Below, piece by piece: positions 12,580 through 26,014 of a stretch of DNA of 64,000 nucleotides (positions are counted from its first letter, which is position 1; the number at the start of each line of letters is the position of its first letter). Below the pieces are notes generated by a model. The model ran no database searches and had not been told where the DNA came from. It saw only the letters and a list, made by a program, of their open reading frames with translations. This DNA is from Podarcis liolepis (Eukaryota). Where the stretch lies: the NCBI GenBank assembly GCA_965112155.1, contig OZ218100.1. The stretch is one strand, 5' to 3'. The position numbers and the translations under genes are program-made.

Positions 12580-13740
12580 ATGGCGCGCCCTTCCTCCTGC
12601 TGCCAGTGGTTAATTTTTAAAAGGAGACATGCACTCTCTTATTACACGAGATGCGCTGGAAACAGGTTTTTCGGGGCTGAGTGACCAGGGGATCAAATGT
12701 CTTCCACTACACTTCAGGTTGATTTCTGAGGGCGTGTGGGGTTCTCTTTAACTCCCAAAAGATGCTGGGGCTCAGACGTGCCTGGAAGCCGCGTCCTATG
12801 AGACTTGCGCTCTGATACACGTCCCAGATTCCTCTACCTGCTGTAGGCCTGACCTGGATGGAGGAGGCACGAGGGAAACCTCTCTCTTTGACGCCCTTCC
12901 TTCCTCGGGCGCCGAGGTCCCACGTGGCTCCTTCTTCCGTGCGCCGTCTTCAGCGTCGCGCTCTCCTCGGCGCGGACCCCATGGGCGGTGACCGGAACTC
13001 CGCCGTCCTACCTGAGGCGCCCGTGCCAGGGAGAGAGCAGCTGCTGTTGGCGCTGCAGGCGGAGGCGGGCACCGCTCGCTCGGGCGGCCGGGCGTGGCAG
13101 GCAGGCAGGCAGGCTCTGGCATTCAGACAGTTGGCGCCTCCGCAGGAGCCGGCTTTGGCGCTCTCATCTCGAGAGATCCCCGCGCCGACTAAACGGGAAG
13201 CTCCTCTGAGGTGGCCGGCAAGCTCCGGACTGAGGCTGCCAAAGGAGGAGCGCGAGCGAGCGGTCATTAGCTAGTGAGTACAAAGCAAACCCAGCGCGGT
13301 TTCTCAGTGGGCCGGAGAAGGGCGGGAAATGGACGTCGTTGGCGCGCGGGAGAAGTTGCCGCGAAATCCCTGCGGGCCAGAGAGGAGCCTTATCTCCCCA
13401 GTCTTGCCGAAGGGTGCGGTGGGGGGGACTACAAACGCTTCCTGCCTCTCATTGAGCGGCAAGGATGCCCTAGCCGTAGACCTGAAGGGAGCAAGAGCTA
13501 GCTGGTTGGAAACCGCGCACCTGGGGCCGAAGTCCGCTTTCGCTCAATCACGGCAGCCCTTGAAGCTGGCAGGGGCCTCAATTGAGAGCCCAGGGCCCCG
13601 CCGCCCTCGTGGCATCCAGATGCTTTTTTTAGGTGACCGCGCGGAAAGAACTGGAGATGGATCTTCGTCCTATCTAGGCAGTTGGTTGCATGGCTTCTTG
13701 CTGGGCTGTAGAGTTTAAACGCTTCCGTCCTTTCGCAACA
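12580..13740. promoter_or_regulatory. CpG island, probable internal/alternative CRYBG1 promoter
   Basis: Abrupt GC- and CpG-rich stretch in AT-rich intron with no TE termini seen; E2F-like GCGGGAAA at 13322-13329; strong donor CTA|GTGAGT at 13273/13274. Confidence 0.75.
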
Positions 13741-14413
13741 CAATTATTGGATTGTTGCCAAATATCACAGGATTATCGATGTACGCTGAAAGAATGGGGG
13801 AAATAGCTTTGTTTAAAAGAAAGCTAAATGTATCTCCTAACAACGATTATAGTTCAGGCTAAATGTATTGCAATCTAGAATTTGTTTTATTTTTGTCTTG
13901 AATACTAAAAAAATGCTTGTTTTTATCCATGCCACAGATTTTAAGGTGATACAAACTGTGGCTGATAAAAGGAACATTTATACAACTTTTAACTTTCATA
14001 CAAATTTTAGCAAAACTACTGCAGAAGTTTACTGCTAAAGGTGCCCTCTGATTTACCTTTACTTCAGTATCAAAGACACATTCCTGCTTAAGGCAGGTGC
14101 ATACATAAAATGTAAGCAATTCCTGTAAGTGTTTACATGCTTCATTCATTTGACTAAAGATATGAGGAAGTTTATGAATGTTTGCATTATAAGTCTTTAA
14201 CGTAATAATTATGTTAATGTGAATCATTATATTTAAGTAAAAATGATGATTATGTTACATGTAAAGATAACCTTTTCATAGAAAATTCTATGGTTCAGTG
14301 AACAATTCAATTTCAGGGGTTTTTTCCCCAACATATAAATGTTTAGTAATGAATTATGTGTCTTGAAAGAAACATTTAGTCTAACTTTTTTCCCCTTTCT
14401 TGTTGTTTTTCAG

Positions 14414-15903
14414 TCCAAAACATCCTCTGCAGAGTCTTATAAGGAAGAAAACAAAAAGAAGCCAGTTTTGGGAAAGTTTGGAAATTTTTTTACTACAGGG
14501 AGAAGAAAAAATCCCAAAAACACATTAGAAGCTTCTTTAAGATCAAGTGTTAAAAGTGCAAGCTCGGGTTCGCCTCACAAGGGTATCGCTCCACTGGCAT
14601 CAATAGATATTGAAGACTTTAAAGATCTGTCTAAAAGTGAGGAAACTCTTATTGACCAGGTTTGCAATCAGGACCAGGAAAGGATACGGAATACTGTTAA
14701 AGACACAGAAGAATATCTCTCCAAAAGGGATCTGACACGATTGTATAATGATATTGTTTCAGAATGGAACACTAAAGGAATTAATTCTGACAGTGAATTG
14801 TCATCTGATTGGCGCAGCAGTAGTGAGACAATAAAAAATACATTATTTGATAGCAATCTTACACTTCAGACACTGGAAGCAGAGAATGATCTAGTCACTG
14901 ACACAAAAAATACTACAACTCCAGATTTCTTTAGAAGTTTAACCAATATATCCAGTGAGGACCTAGAACATAACATATTAAACCACAAGGAATTAGTGGA
15001 TGTTCATTCATGTTCAGAATCAGAATATGCACCATCAGAGGAGCCATCTATTTTGGAGTCCAGTGAACGTGCCCACACTTCTAGAGTGTTGACATTGGAT
15101 ATTTTTCTTCGTAGAGCTGAACAACCATATTCCAATGAACCAGTGACTGTTGTATTAGACGACTGTAGTAACACAATGGATAAAAAATCTGCAGTAAGGA
15201 GATCTGGAAAGAGGAGAAAATCTCAGTCCTCCAGTGACATGCCAAATGGGGACAGAAATGTAACTGAGAATACTGCAAAAGAAGAACCTGTTTTTGATGG
15301 TATTGCTTCAGATTTGGTTTCAGAAAAAATAACCACCCCTGAAAGAAAAGCTAAGACTTCTCAACAGATGAATTCTCCCACAACTAACCATGACACAAGG
15401 ACTGGAAGTAATCACAAGGGACTTACTAAGACAGAGTTAGAGAAAAACAAGCAGCAGACCCCTACTTCATCCCCATACAGGAGGAAATCCTTAAAAAAGA
15501 ATCAACCTGACACAAGTCCTCTTTCACCCACAGGCTTGAAGAGTCATGGGAAAGATTCATCCACCAAACGACAGATTGAAGGTGCAACAGATAGTAATCC
15601 AATATCAAAATGTACTTCAGCAGAGAAGCTGTCTTCTGGTGAAAGCACTGTAGAGACTCTTAAAATTTCTTCTGTAGGCATCACAGACAATAGCACCGTG
15701 TCACATTCTGAAAGAAGAACAGAGTCTAAGGTACCAGATATTGTCAACAATTCTGATGGCAGTGCTTTGCTGCGCACTGACAAGCAAAGAAATGGCGAGT
15801 TGGGAACTACAAATGGAAAGCAAACTACCTCTGGTTTGGATGGTGCAAAAGAGAGAAATCCATGCTTTGATGTTTCCAGAACTGTCACAACAAAAGTTAG
15901 TCT
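14414..15903 (+). CDS. CRYBG1: CRYBG1 large exon (SKTSS...TTKVSL), contains the classic AIM1 start Met at 15176
   Basis: ttttcag|TCC acceptor (phase 0), CT|gtaagt donor (phase 2); lies within ORF 14339..15907. Confidence 0.93.
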
Positions 15904-18900
15904 GTAAGTAGTTTCATATTTTAAATTACATTGCTTGTTGCAATAAGATGTTCATTAAATCCCTTGATAACATGTATTATAATTGCTAAATCTGTATCCT
16001 AATTGCATGGATTCCATGCCAGTATAATATTTCGACTACTTCACAGGAACTCCAGTATGTTCTACCACAGCAAAAGTCCACTTAGTATTTATGTGACTGA
16101 AGTTGGTATAGAATATTTTCTTCTTGTTAGCTTCTATTATGAAGCTGTGTATTGCCACCCTTTGTCTCACTCGTTGTTAGTTTTCCTTACTTGGGAAAAA
16201 TTATAAGTCTTGCTATGGAATATATTTTTTTAAAAAAATTAAATAGCATTCATTGTCTATGTGTCCTCAATAATATATTCTTTGGAGAAGACTTCCATTG
16301 TGCTTATTGTAATAAGTATCTGGCTAAGGGCCAAATAAATGTTACCTAGGGTTCCATATAAATTTCTCCCAGTGGTTGTTTTTTGATTCATTAAAAAATG
16401 AAAACGACCTCTAGACTAGAGGCTACCGTCAGAAGTAGAGGAAGACCAAGTGAGGAAGAGCCACATGACCCTCTCACTGCTGCTATTTGTCTTCTCATAA
16501 TTATCTCCCTCAAGCTGCCTTTTCTTCCATCCAATGCAGTGGGGGGGGGGGGAGGTCCAAGCGAAAGCAGCTTGAGGATGATTGCCAGAGGAAATAAACA
16601 GCTGTCGGGGTGGGGAGGGGATCCTTCCCCAGCCCTTCAGTCTTTTGAGTCTATGGGTGTTCCTGTGGATGATGATGACTAAGAGAGGAACTGCAATGTT
16701 GGGGGAAGGTTACATAGTACTTAACTGTAGCATGCGGTTTGGATCTTATACTGAGTAACGCTACTGGCCTTTGTAACCATCTTGTCTGGCAGAAGTTTTC
16801 TAGTTTCAGACTGTCCTCGTACTGCTATTGAAGGTCTTTTAGCTAGGGTTGGACTGAGTGTCGCTGTTATGTTGAGCATGGCTGTATAGTTCCTAAGCTA
16901 TAGTTGATAAATCAGTGCCTTTTCAAGAACAGGAACAAATTTGTCTCTAGCTCAGTGGCTGTGATTTTTTTCTTGGTTTACTTGCTTGAGTAATTTAGAA
17001 GGATCTGTGTTGTGGAATCATAGGCCCAGACAGCATTTGAAATCAACTGGTCGGCAGTCGCTTTTTGCCTGTAAAAGAGGTTTGGTTTTTACTTTTGCTA
17101 GAATGAAACTGCAGCCACGTCTCTTACAGGCTGCTTTTCTGCTTGATTGCTACAGTGGTGCCCTGCAAGACGAATGCCTTGCAAGACAAAAACTCGCTAG
17201 ACGAAAGAGTTTTCCGTTTTTTGAGTCGTTCCGCAAGACGAATTTCCCTATGGGCTTGCTTCGCAAGATGAAATGTATTGCAAGTTCTTGCGAGTTTGTT
17301 TCCTTTTTATTGAAGCCGCTAAGCCGTTAATAGCCGCTAATAGCCGTGCTTTGCAAGACAAAAAAACCGCAAGACGAAGAGACTCGCGGAATGGATTAAT
17401 TTTGTCTTGCGAGGCACCACTGTATTTTGGTTTTAAAAAACTTGTCTTTTGCACATAGCATTTATTCCATTTTCAGCTAAATCATCCACCTTGTCTTCAT
17501 TTGCTTTGTAATCGTGTAAAAAAATGTCCCTAGACATACTGTTGTGGCAACTGAAGACTAGGTTTAAGGTGCCATTTGGCTCCCAGCTTTTATATCTCAA
17601 ACACTGGGCCCAGTTCATAGACGTGCAGGGCATACCCATGTGTTAAGGTGTTTATGGCAAGCGGCTCCCTCTGCAGTTATGGCAGGTTTAACTATTCCAA
17701 AAAGAAACACAAAGTATGGGGGGGGGGCAATTCATTGCCTCTTAGAGCTGTGTCCAACTGTATTTCAAGATGCCACCCTGCAGCACTTTTAGGAACAGGA
17801 ATTGGATCTTAGTTTTATATATGTTGCTCTTACCTCTTCTTTGTGCCATAATCACTAGAATAAGTGATTTAGGGGCTTGATGTGTAGTGCTGTGGGGCAA
17901 AGTATTATTTTTAAAGAAGACTGAAATATGTGGCCTTCAGCACTTATTTAAAGGCATGAGTGCACTTTTACAGCTGTGTCAAGAAATGTGAGACTTGCCA
18001 CACCTTGAATTATCTTAATGAGAAAACCTGGTAAGATAATTGCGTGTATTATAACACAGCACTGCACCCTCATCATTAAACAATCATTTCAAACAAAATT
18101 TTGGAATCAAAAGTTATATTTCATTTAGATCCCGTCTACTAAAGACACTGAGGAGTAGAATATATTGTGCAATTTGATCCTGGGGTGGGGATAGTTGAAT
18201 ATCCTTTGTACTTTTCTTCAGCTGTGCACTGATAAAGCTTATATTGGACATTGAATCAGGTTTTTTTAATAGTTTTTGAATGAACTTGTCACTCATTAAT
18301 TTATGTGATTTGGACTGATTTATATAATCTTTGGGTCTGATTGTCTAAATACCGGGTGGGGGAACGGGGACTCTTCAATTCTGTATTTTTTAAGGGTGCT
18401 GAATAGTTAAACAAGAACTTGAGCTTTTCTCCCACTATAGGGTAATAACAGTTTCTCACTCACTTTATATGATGCCTGTAAGGAACTGAGTCATTAACCA
18501 CTCCTGATTCCTGAGGCTTTTAAAATACGGTACCTGTTGAACTCTCTAACATCTTGCAGCCAAATCCTATAAAAATATGCTCAGAAATAAATCCCACCGA
18601 ATTCAGTGAGACTTACTTTGAATTTTTAGCTTTGATTTTACATGCATCTTATTTGTAAATGCAACAGAAAAGATACAGCTTTAAGGTAATAAAGCAGTGG
18701 AAGTCTTAGTTGAGACCTAAGCTGCCAAACATTTATAATTATGGGTGGGAATAAAACTATGTTCTCAAGAAGATGACACATTCACCATGTTACTCATTTA
18801 AGTAGTTTTTTGTGTGTAAGTTGTAATATAACAGCATGTTATACAGAAACTTAGAAAGCAGAGCATCTGTGTCTATTCAGAAATGAAAATTCAGTTGCTC

Positions 18901-21900
18901 TGCCTTTACATTGTATACTGTTATTAATTGATTTTCATATATTATCTGACTATGATAGGTTGGTTCACAGTGATGCTTTGTGAGCCACTGCTTGTCTGTT
19001 TACACAGAATTAAGTTCACTGACAATATCATAAAATGTGGGGTGGATTACACTAGTGTTAAGTAGAGCTGCTTGAACAATTGTATTCAACAATTGTTCAT
19101 TAATGGATCTGCATCATAGAGTGAAGTATTGAACAGAGAGCCACAGAGATACCCTAGGCCAATTCCTTTTCTTGTTTTTATAAATGACTTGGATCGGAGT
19201 GTGAAGGGGATGCTTATCTGATCTGCAGATGATCCAAAATTGGGAGGAATATCTAACACGGTATAATATATCAAAATCGTAGAATTGTAGAGTTGGATGG
19301 TTTTTAAATAGCTGGGACATTGGCTAAAACCAACAAAATTAAATTCAACAGAAAAGTCTTGTATGTAGGTATAAAATAAAAAAATAAAAGGATGAGAGAG
19401 GCAGACATAACAGTTTTCAAATGTCTAAAGGACTGACATGCAGAAGATAGAACAGACTTATTATCTCTTTCTCTGGAGGGCAACAGAGGTGGAAATTTCA
19501 GTGGAGAATATTTTGGGTAAATATGAGGAGAAACATCCTACCAAAAAGAGCTGTAAGTTTTGTTTGACAGTGAAACATACATCTCAGAAGGTGGTGTTCT
19601 TTCCTTTGCTGGAGCTATTTAAACAGAAGCTTAATGGCTATTTATTAGGGAGATGAAGTTGCATTATGCACTGCAGATTCTGCACTGAGCAGCAGTATTG
19701 GACATGATGACCTCCAAGGTTCCTGTCAACTCTGTAATTGATTTTATGTGTGTTTAGGGCTGAAACCTTAATTTAATATATTGAGCTTCAATCCTAAATA
19801 CAATTTATCCAAACTAAGATTCATAATACAGTGGTTCTTTCTTCTGGGTAAATATGCAATAGGATTGTTCTGTAAAGCCAAAATTGTATGCATGCTTACC
19901 TAGATTTAAGCCTTGAACACAGTGGGACAAACATCTAAGTAAATATGCACAGAAATACAGATTTGCTTGGGTGGAAATACTTGCAGTTGTACATATACAT
20001 TAAAATCAAAACCACTAATATCTGAGGAAGCATTGGGCTGCAAGACTATAGCCTTTCTTTGAATAAATTCAAATGAAATAAACAGAATATACTTGCAGAT
20101 AAATTTGCTTAGCAGTAGGGTGTTGGTGTCATTTTCCATGATATTCAAATTAATAATTCACTAGCACCTTCCCTTGATTTACATTGCTTTTCCTGTCCTG
20201 ACACATCTGTTAGCATAGTTTGCAGTGGAGACTATGACTTATAACTGTAGGCGTATTATGGGAACTATAAATCATTTATAAGTAGATGTTGTTTTCCCTT
20301 GTTTCATTTTAATAGAATGGATCATAGCTTCAACATCTGTCAAGGGTTTGGGTCAGTCTTTTAGGAAGATATAGATCTGTTTCTTAACCATTTGACAAAA
20401 TAAAAAAATTCCTTCCAGTAGCACCTTAAAGACCAACTAAGTTAGTTCTTGGTATGAGCTTTTGTGTGCATGCACACTTCTTCAGATAAGTCTTTAAGGT
20501 GCTACTGGAAGGAATTTTTTTATTTTGACTATGGCAGACCAACACGGCTACCTATCTGTAACTTTAACCATTTGAGTTTTCATTCTCATCAAGTCTTCAA
20601 AAGAGAAACAGAAACATACACTACAATTATCCAACTAGACTATAACTCAAATATTTACTTCAGCTTTTACAATTTTTTTAATGAAAGTATGATGGCCCTC
20701 TTCAGGCAGTCTTCTTCAGTGTTAAGTTTACAAGTACAGTGGTACCTCAGGTTAAGTACTTAATTCGTTCCGGAGGTCCGTACTTAACCTGAAACTGTTC
20801 TTAACCTGAAGCACCACTTTAGCTAATGGGGCCTCCTGCCACCGTGCCACCGGAGCCCGATTTCTGTTCTTATCCTGAAGCAAAGTTCTTAACCTGAAGC
20901 ACTATTTCTGGGTTAGCGGAGTGTGTAACCTGAAGTGTATGTAACCTGAAGCGTATGTAACCCGAGGTACCACTGTACATGGGGAGTCATGGAGACACTA
21001 GCCCCTTGCATTCTACCCAGAAGCATGTAGACAGCTGAACTTAATTTTTCAGAATCAGTGCTGTATGCAGTAGCAGTTGGTTTGTTGGCATGGGTGGTGT
21101 GGCATTGCTCGGACTTCCCAACCCCAAACATTGTTACTGGCTACTATGACAGGAGAGGAGCTTGAAACAGTACAGATGCAGCAGCAGAGCCAACCCAACA
21201 CTCCCACTGCTGCCCCCACACTAAGCTCCCCTCCCCCTTACACCTGTCCTTCTTGGTAACTGGCAGCAATGTTCAATGTTGGAAAGCCAGGTAAGCAGGA
21301 TTGCTCTGCTGACTGGTACTGAGTACATGATTCCAGCTAATTCTGTCCATTAACAGTCAAATTTTCAGCACAATATTCAGCACAAACTGTAGCCTCTTCA
21401 AGGGAAGATCCACATAGAGCACATTTATCCAGTCAGGAAGTTACCAAAGCATGCATCCCTGTGGTCAGGCCATCTTCATCCAGGAATGGCCATCGTTGAT
21501 GAACCAGCTGGAACTGAGCAAAAGTACTCCACACAACTGAAACCATCTGGGCTTCAAATTACAGTGCCGAATCAAAGAGTTTCCCCAAATTATGCAAGTT
21601 TCTTTAGGGAGAGTAAAACCCATCTGGAACAGGCTGGGTTAGAAATATTCACCATTCCATTACTGTTTTAAATTGTAAACCGCCCTGTGATCTTTGGATG
21701 AAGGACAGGATAGATATTGAATAAATAATAATAATACTGCCTCCACTCCATTCCTGCCTTCAAGCAATAGTCCGGCATCTTAGATCCTCCCATTCTATTG
21801 GCTCAGTCTTCATGAGCACATATGAACATTTTTCTTGCTAAACAGGTAAAGTCAGTGTCTGCATGTGTCTACAGGACTGTGAACTGTTGATGCTAAAAAG

Positions 21901-24900
21901 ATGGCATAATACATCACAGCAGCAATCAACCTTTAATTACATATGAAAGTATGTTAATGGAATGCATCCATGGTGTACGTTTGAGTAAATAGGAAGTGTG
22001 AATAGCGTTTGTGTGTGTGAGAGAGAGAATTGCAAGTGATTTGCAGTCTATAATTTCTGAAAGAAATAAAGTGAGCTCTTGTGAGAGTAAATAATGCTTA
22101 TAAATCTTTCTGATATGTTGTTTGTTGAATTTATATACCACCCTATGCCTGGGGGGTCTCAGGATGGTTCACATAATAAAATAGATTGTAAGAAACACTT
22201 TAAGTTAACTTGCAACTTAACAAAGGTAAAAGGAAATAATTGTATTAATGTATTTTCAATAAACCCACATTCCAAGGAATGATATGTTTTCTGTTAGGTT
22301 TTCGGTAAGGCTATTCTTAAAAAACCCCACACAACCCACTGTCCTAACCATATATATATTTATTTCATTTCAAGGAAACTAACTCTAAATACGTTTTCTT
22401 AGGACCGCAGACTTTACGCAGCATTATAAAATTCATTTGTCTTTTTTATGCCAAGTTAGACCAGTGGTTTTCAACCAGTGTGCCTTGGCACCCTGGGGTG
22501 CCTTGAATGATGGTCAGGGGTGCCACGGGTAACACTGGATGCTGTCCCTCTTTCCTTCCATCCTTCCTTGGATGCCTTCTCATTTCTCTGCCTCCCAAAG
22601 GCTTCCACAGCTGTTTGTTGCAGCAGCCCTGCCTATGAGCTCCCCAGATGAATGGTGCGTCTGGGGCTGGCCAGGGAGTGCTGTTTGCCAGGAACTGAGA
22701 CAGCCTCGGAGTAAGCAAGCAAGCCAGTGAGGGAGCCCAGCCAGCCAGTCCACCAGCCCTTACTGTTGGGAATGGACAGACAAGTGGGAGGCCAGGCAGG
22801 CAGGCGCTGAACTGGCCTTTCTTGTGCTTGCTGTGTGCTGAAGGGGAGCCTTTCCACCATGCAGGCCCGGCAGTGCTGGCCTCACATTCACCTTTGGCCA
22901 GTCTCGGTTGTTCCACCGAGGCTGGGGGCATCTTCTTCCCAGGCCCCTGGGGGGCAATGTGATGAGGCACGTCTCTCTGGGGCAGTGGAGGAAGCTCAGA
23001 TCAGGGGGAGCAGCATCAGCGGATGCCTGGAGGACTCCCAAGGAGAGGGGAGAGAAAAGGAAGCTGAGGGAACACTCCACAAGGGAGGGGGTTCGTAAAA
23101 GGGTGAGAGGTGGCTAGCTCTGCAAGCAAGGGGTGACATAACTGGGCTTCTGAGCCCCACAGGGGTGCCACAGAAAGAATGTAGTTGGTCAAGGGAGCTG
23201 TGGACTCAAAGATGTTGAAAACCTCTGAGTTAGACCTATAAGGATGTTTCTTTAGCAGAAATTTTGCTAGAATGTTGTGGATTCAATTCAGATTTACCCT
23301 GAGTGAAAAATCATTCCACTGATTGAAGAGGTGTGTGTCAATTTTCACCTCCACAAAATCTGCTTCTGAGAGTTGGGAGCCCCTCTAGATCAGTGTGTGT
23401 GTGTGTGTTTGTGTGTATGTATGTGGGGATGCAAAAGAAGGGGGAATTGGCAGATTGGAGTGTGTTCCATGAATGGAAGGAGGCCTTCTGTCAGCAGTTT
23501 GACAAGTCTGGAACCACCCATGCATATTTAATTAGTACATAAGAAGAACTGTGCTGGATCAGACAAAGTCCTGTTTATTTCAACACTCTGTCCTCAGAGT
23601 GGTCAACTAGATGTCCATGTAAAGTCCACAAGCAGAACCTGAGTGCATTTGCACTTAGAGAATAATAACTATACTCATATAACACTTTCCTGGGAGTAAG
23701 TCTCATGGAAGTCAATGAGACATACAGCACAAACTTATACATATTTACAGGGGGGCACTCTTAGTGCCATCACTATCTATTTTAGGCACCAGGTAAAAAC
23801 ATTTTTCTTTAGCCAGCCCTTCAAAGCGTAACTCTGAATATTTTTAGTTGAGTGGGGTTGGGTTGGATTTGCTCTTTTATGCATATTATTGTCTTTTAGG
23901 TTACTTTTACTCTAGTTTTTAATGGTTATGTCACTCTGAATTTATATTTTTTGGAAAAAGTGACTAAATGTAATAGTAATAATGATAATTAATAGCAGTA
24001 AGTCCCCTTATATTGAATGTGGCTTACTCCCTAGCAGGTGTATTTAGAATTGCAGCCTTATTTTAAGGAGGCATGCACATAGGATTGTGCTAGAAATAAA
24101 ATACATCTTTAAAGTATTGTTGACAAGGACTGTAAAGTAATTGTTGTAATATTTTGTTTTTACAGTCCAGCTAAACCAAAGAATGTAGAATTAAACCTTA
24201 AGGCGTCCAGAACTCTAGAAGATGTGCAAACTGAACAAGATTCTATGGACAAAGCTGTTAAAATTAACTTCAGTATTGCCAATAAAATATCCATGTTTGA
24301 AAGCAAACAAACTAATCAGAACCAATCTGCTGAGATCTCTTCTTTAAAAAAAGGTTCTGTATCAAATACATTTGTTGGCAGAGCAAAGCTGAAATTTGGG
24401 AAACAGCACCCTGAAAGTGAGCAGACCAAAAGAACAACAAATAAGCCAAACAATCGACAGAAAGCATTGCAAAATGGTGCAAAGGTGAAGGATGTATCTT
24501 TAGATATAAAAAGCAAGTCTGAAGAAGGGATTCAGTCAAATATTATAACTAATGAAGAAATTGGAAATGCTGCTGAATCTCAGTTTAGTCAGAATGGAAA
24601 AGTAGATGATAACCATGTGAGTGTTTTTATTTCTAAAAAAGTGGATACAGAATTAGCCAACGATAATTGTTTGCCTAAAACGCCATCTGTACTACAAACT
24701 GAAGAAATTGAAGCAATCCAAAATGATAGCAGGAATACAAATGTCAGATCCATATCTCCTGAAAGTGGAGAGGAACTTTTCTTGAAAACAGACATGCATT
24801 CTCTAAGTAAAGAAGACCAGTGTCTCCTGCAGCCTGACCCAGTGCCCCCCAAAGTAGAACACAACATGACTTCTCAGACTGAAAATGAAGACACAAAGAT

Positions 24901-25972
24901 GACAAATACGTTTTTGGAAAACAAACAGATATTCGAGCAGAATTTCAGTGGACAACCTGATTCAAACAGTGATTGTAATGTCCCTAAAGCTGGCAATGAG
25001 GATACCATTTGTGATTCCCCAGACATGACGAAGTTTACTGAAACTATTAAAAATCTAGACAGCTCTATTTGTGTACCTCAAAAAAAGAAAAAACCCAAAG
25101 TTCCAAAATCTCCAGCACCTCCCTTTGCTATGCCTCCAATTCATGAGGACAATTTAGAGAAAATATTTGACCCCAATATATTTACAGTTGGTTTAGGGAT
25201 CAAGAGAGACAAACCACGAGATTTAGCCCCATCCCTGCAGCTGAAATTGCATAGTCTAGAAACAGAGGCTAGAGTCAGACCCAAACGTGCCTCAGCTGAG
25301 AACAGCCTTCTTCTCCAATCTCTGAAATTATCCAACAGACCAGACCTTGCACTTACCCAGGAAGTAAGTGGGAAAGAGAGCAAGGATGGTACCGATGGCG
25401 ACATTAAGAGATCTCGACTTGAAAAGAGTGCCATATTCTCAAGCCTTCTATTACCTGCAACTAAAGAAAATGTGTTTACTCCATCTGTAACATCTATAAA
25501 CACTATCACAACAACTTTTGCATCTCAGAAGAGTGTTAATTGCCCAGGAGTCCCTCCTCTAATATTTGATGTGGCTCAGAAATCTGAGGTAATAGGACAA
25601 ACATCATATAACTATATATAAACTCACATGCTATGTATGTTGTATTATACCTTAGCAGTAAACAACCACTCTTATATTTTATTGTGCTTTCAGTCTCTTT
25701 CAGATTTCAAAAATCCACAATTTATGGAGAAATATTTGCAAAGTGAAGATCCAAAAAAAGAGAGAATTTTACAGATGTCTAACTTTGGAAACCCTGACAC
25801 CAGTTTTTCAAGCTGGTTGAAACCTGGGCAGTATGAACCAAATAGCTTCTTACCAGACATTGAGGTGTGTTTAATGTTGTTTACCTACTTTTAGAAGTCT
25901 ATCTGCATGCTTTGTTTAACTAGAAAGTCAAATTGATTTTTGCTTTTATTTCTTTTGTTTGATATTGGTTTG

Positions 25973-26014
<42 letters not shown>

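Noticed and set aside
13329-13718. 129-aa ORF in the CpG island
   Set aside because: No recognisable homology and no clear in-phase donor; long ORFs are expected in GC-rich DNA
14339-14413. ATG at 14339 as the CRYBG1 start
   Set aside because: The first 25 codons are the intron branch and polypyrimidine region; homology starts after the cag acceptor at 14411-14413
17153-17422. CRISPR-like spaced repeats (gcaagacga; also taacctgaag at 20737)
   Set aside because: Irregular subterminal repeats inside TA-flanked MITEs in a eukaryotic genome, with no cas genes
22446-23117. Cluster of ORFs up to 174 aa, and a similar cluster at 31096-31749
   Set aside because: They lie within or overlap the two hAT elements and are not conserved in frame between the copies
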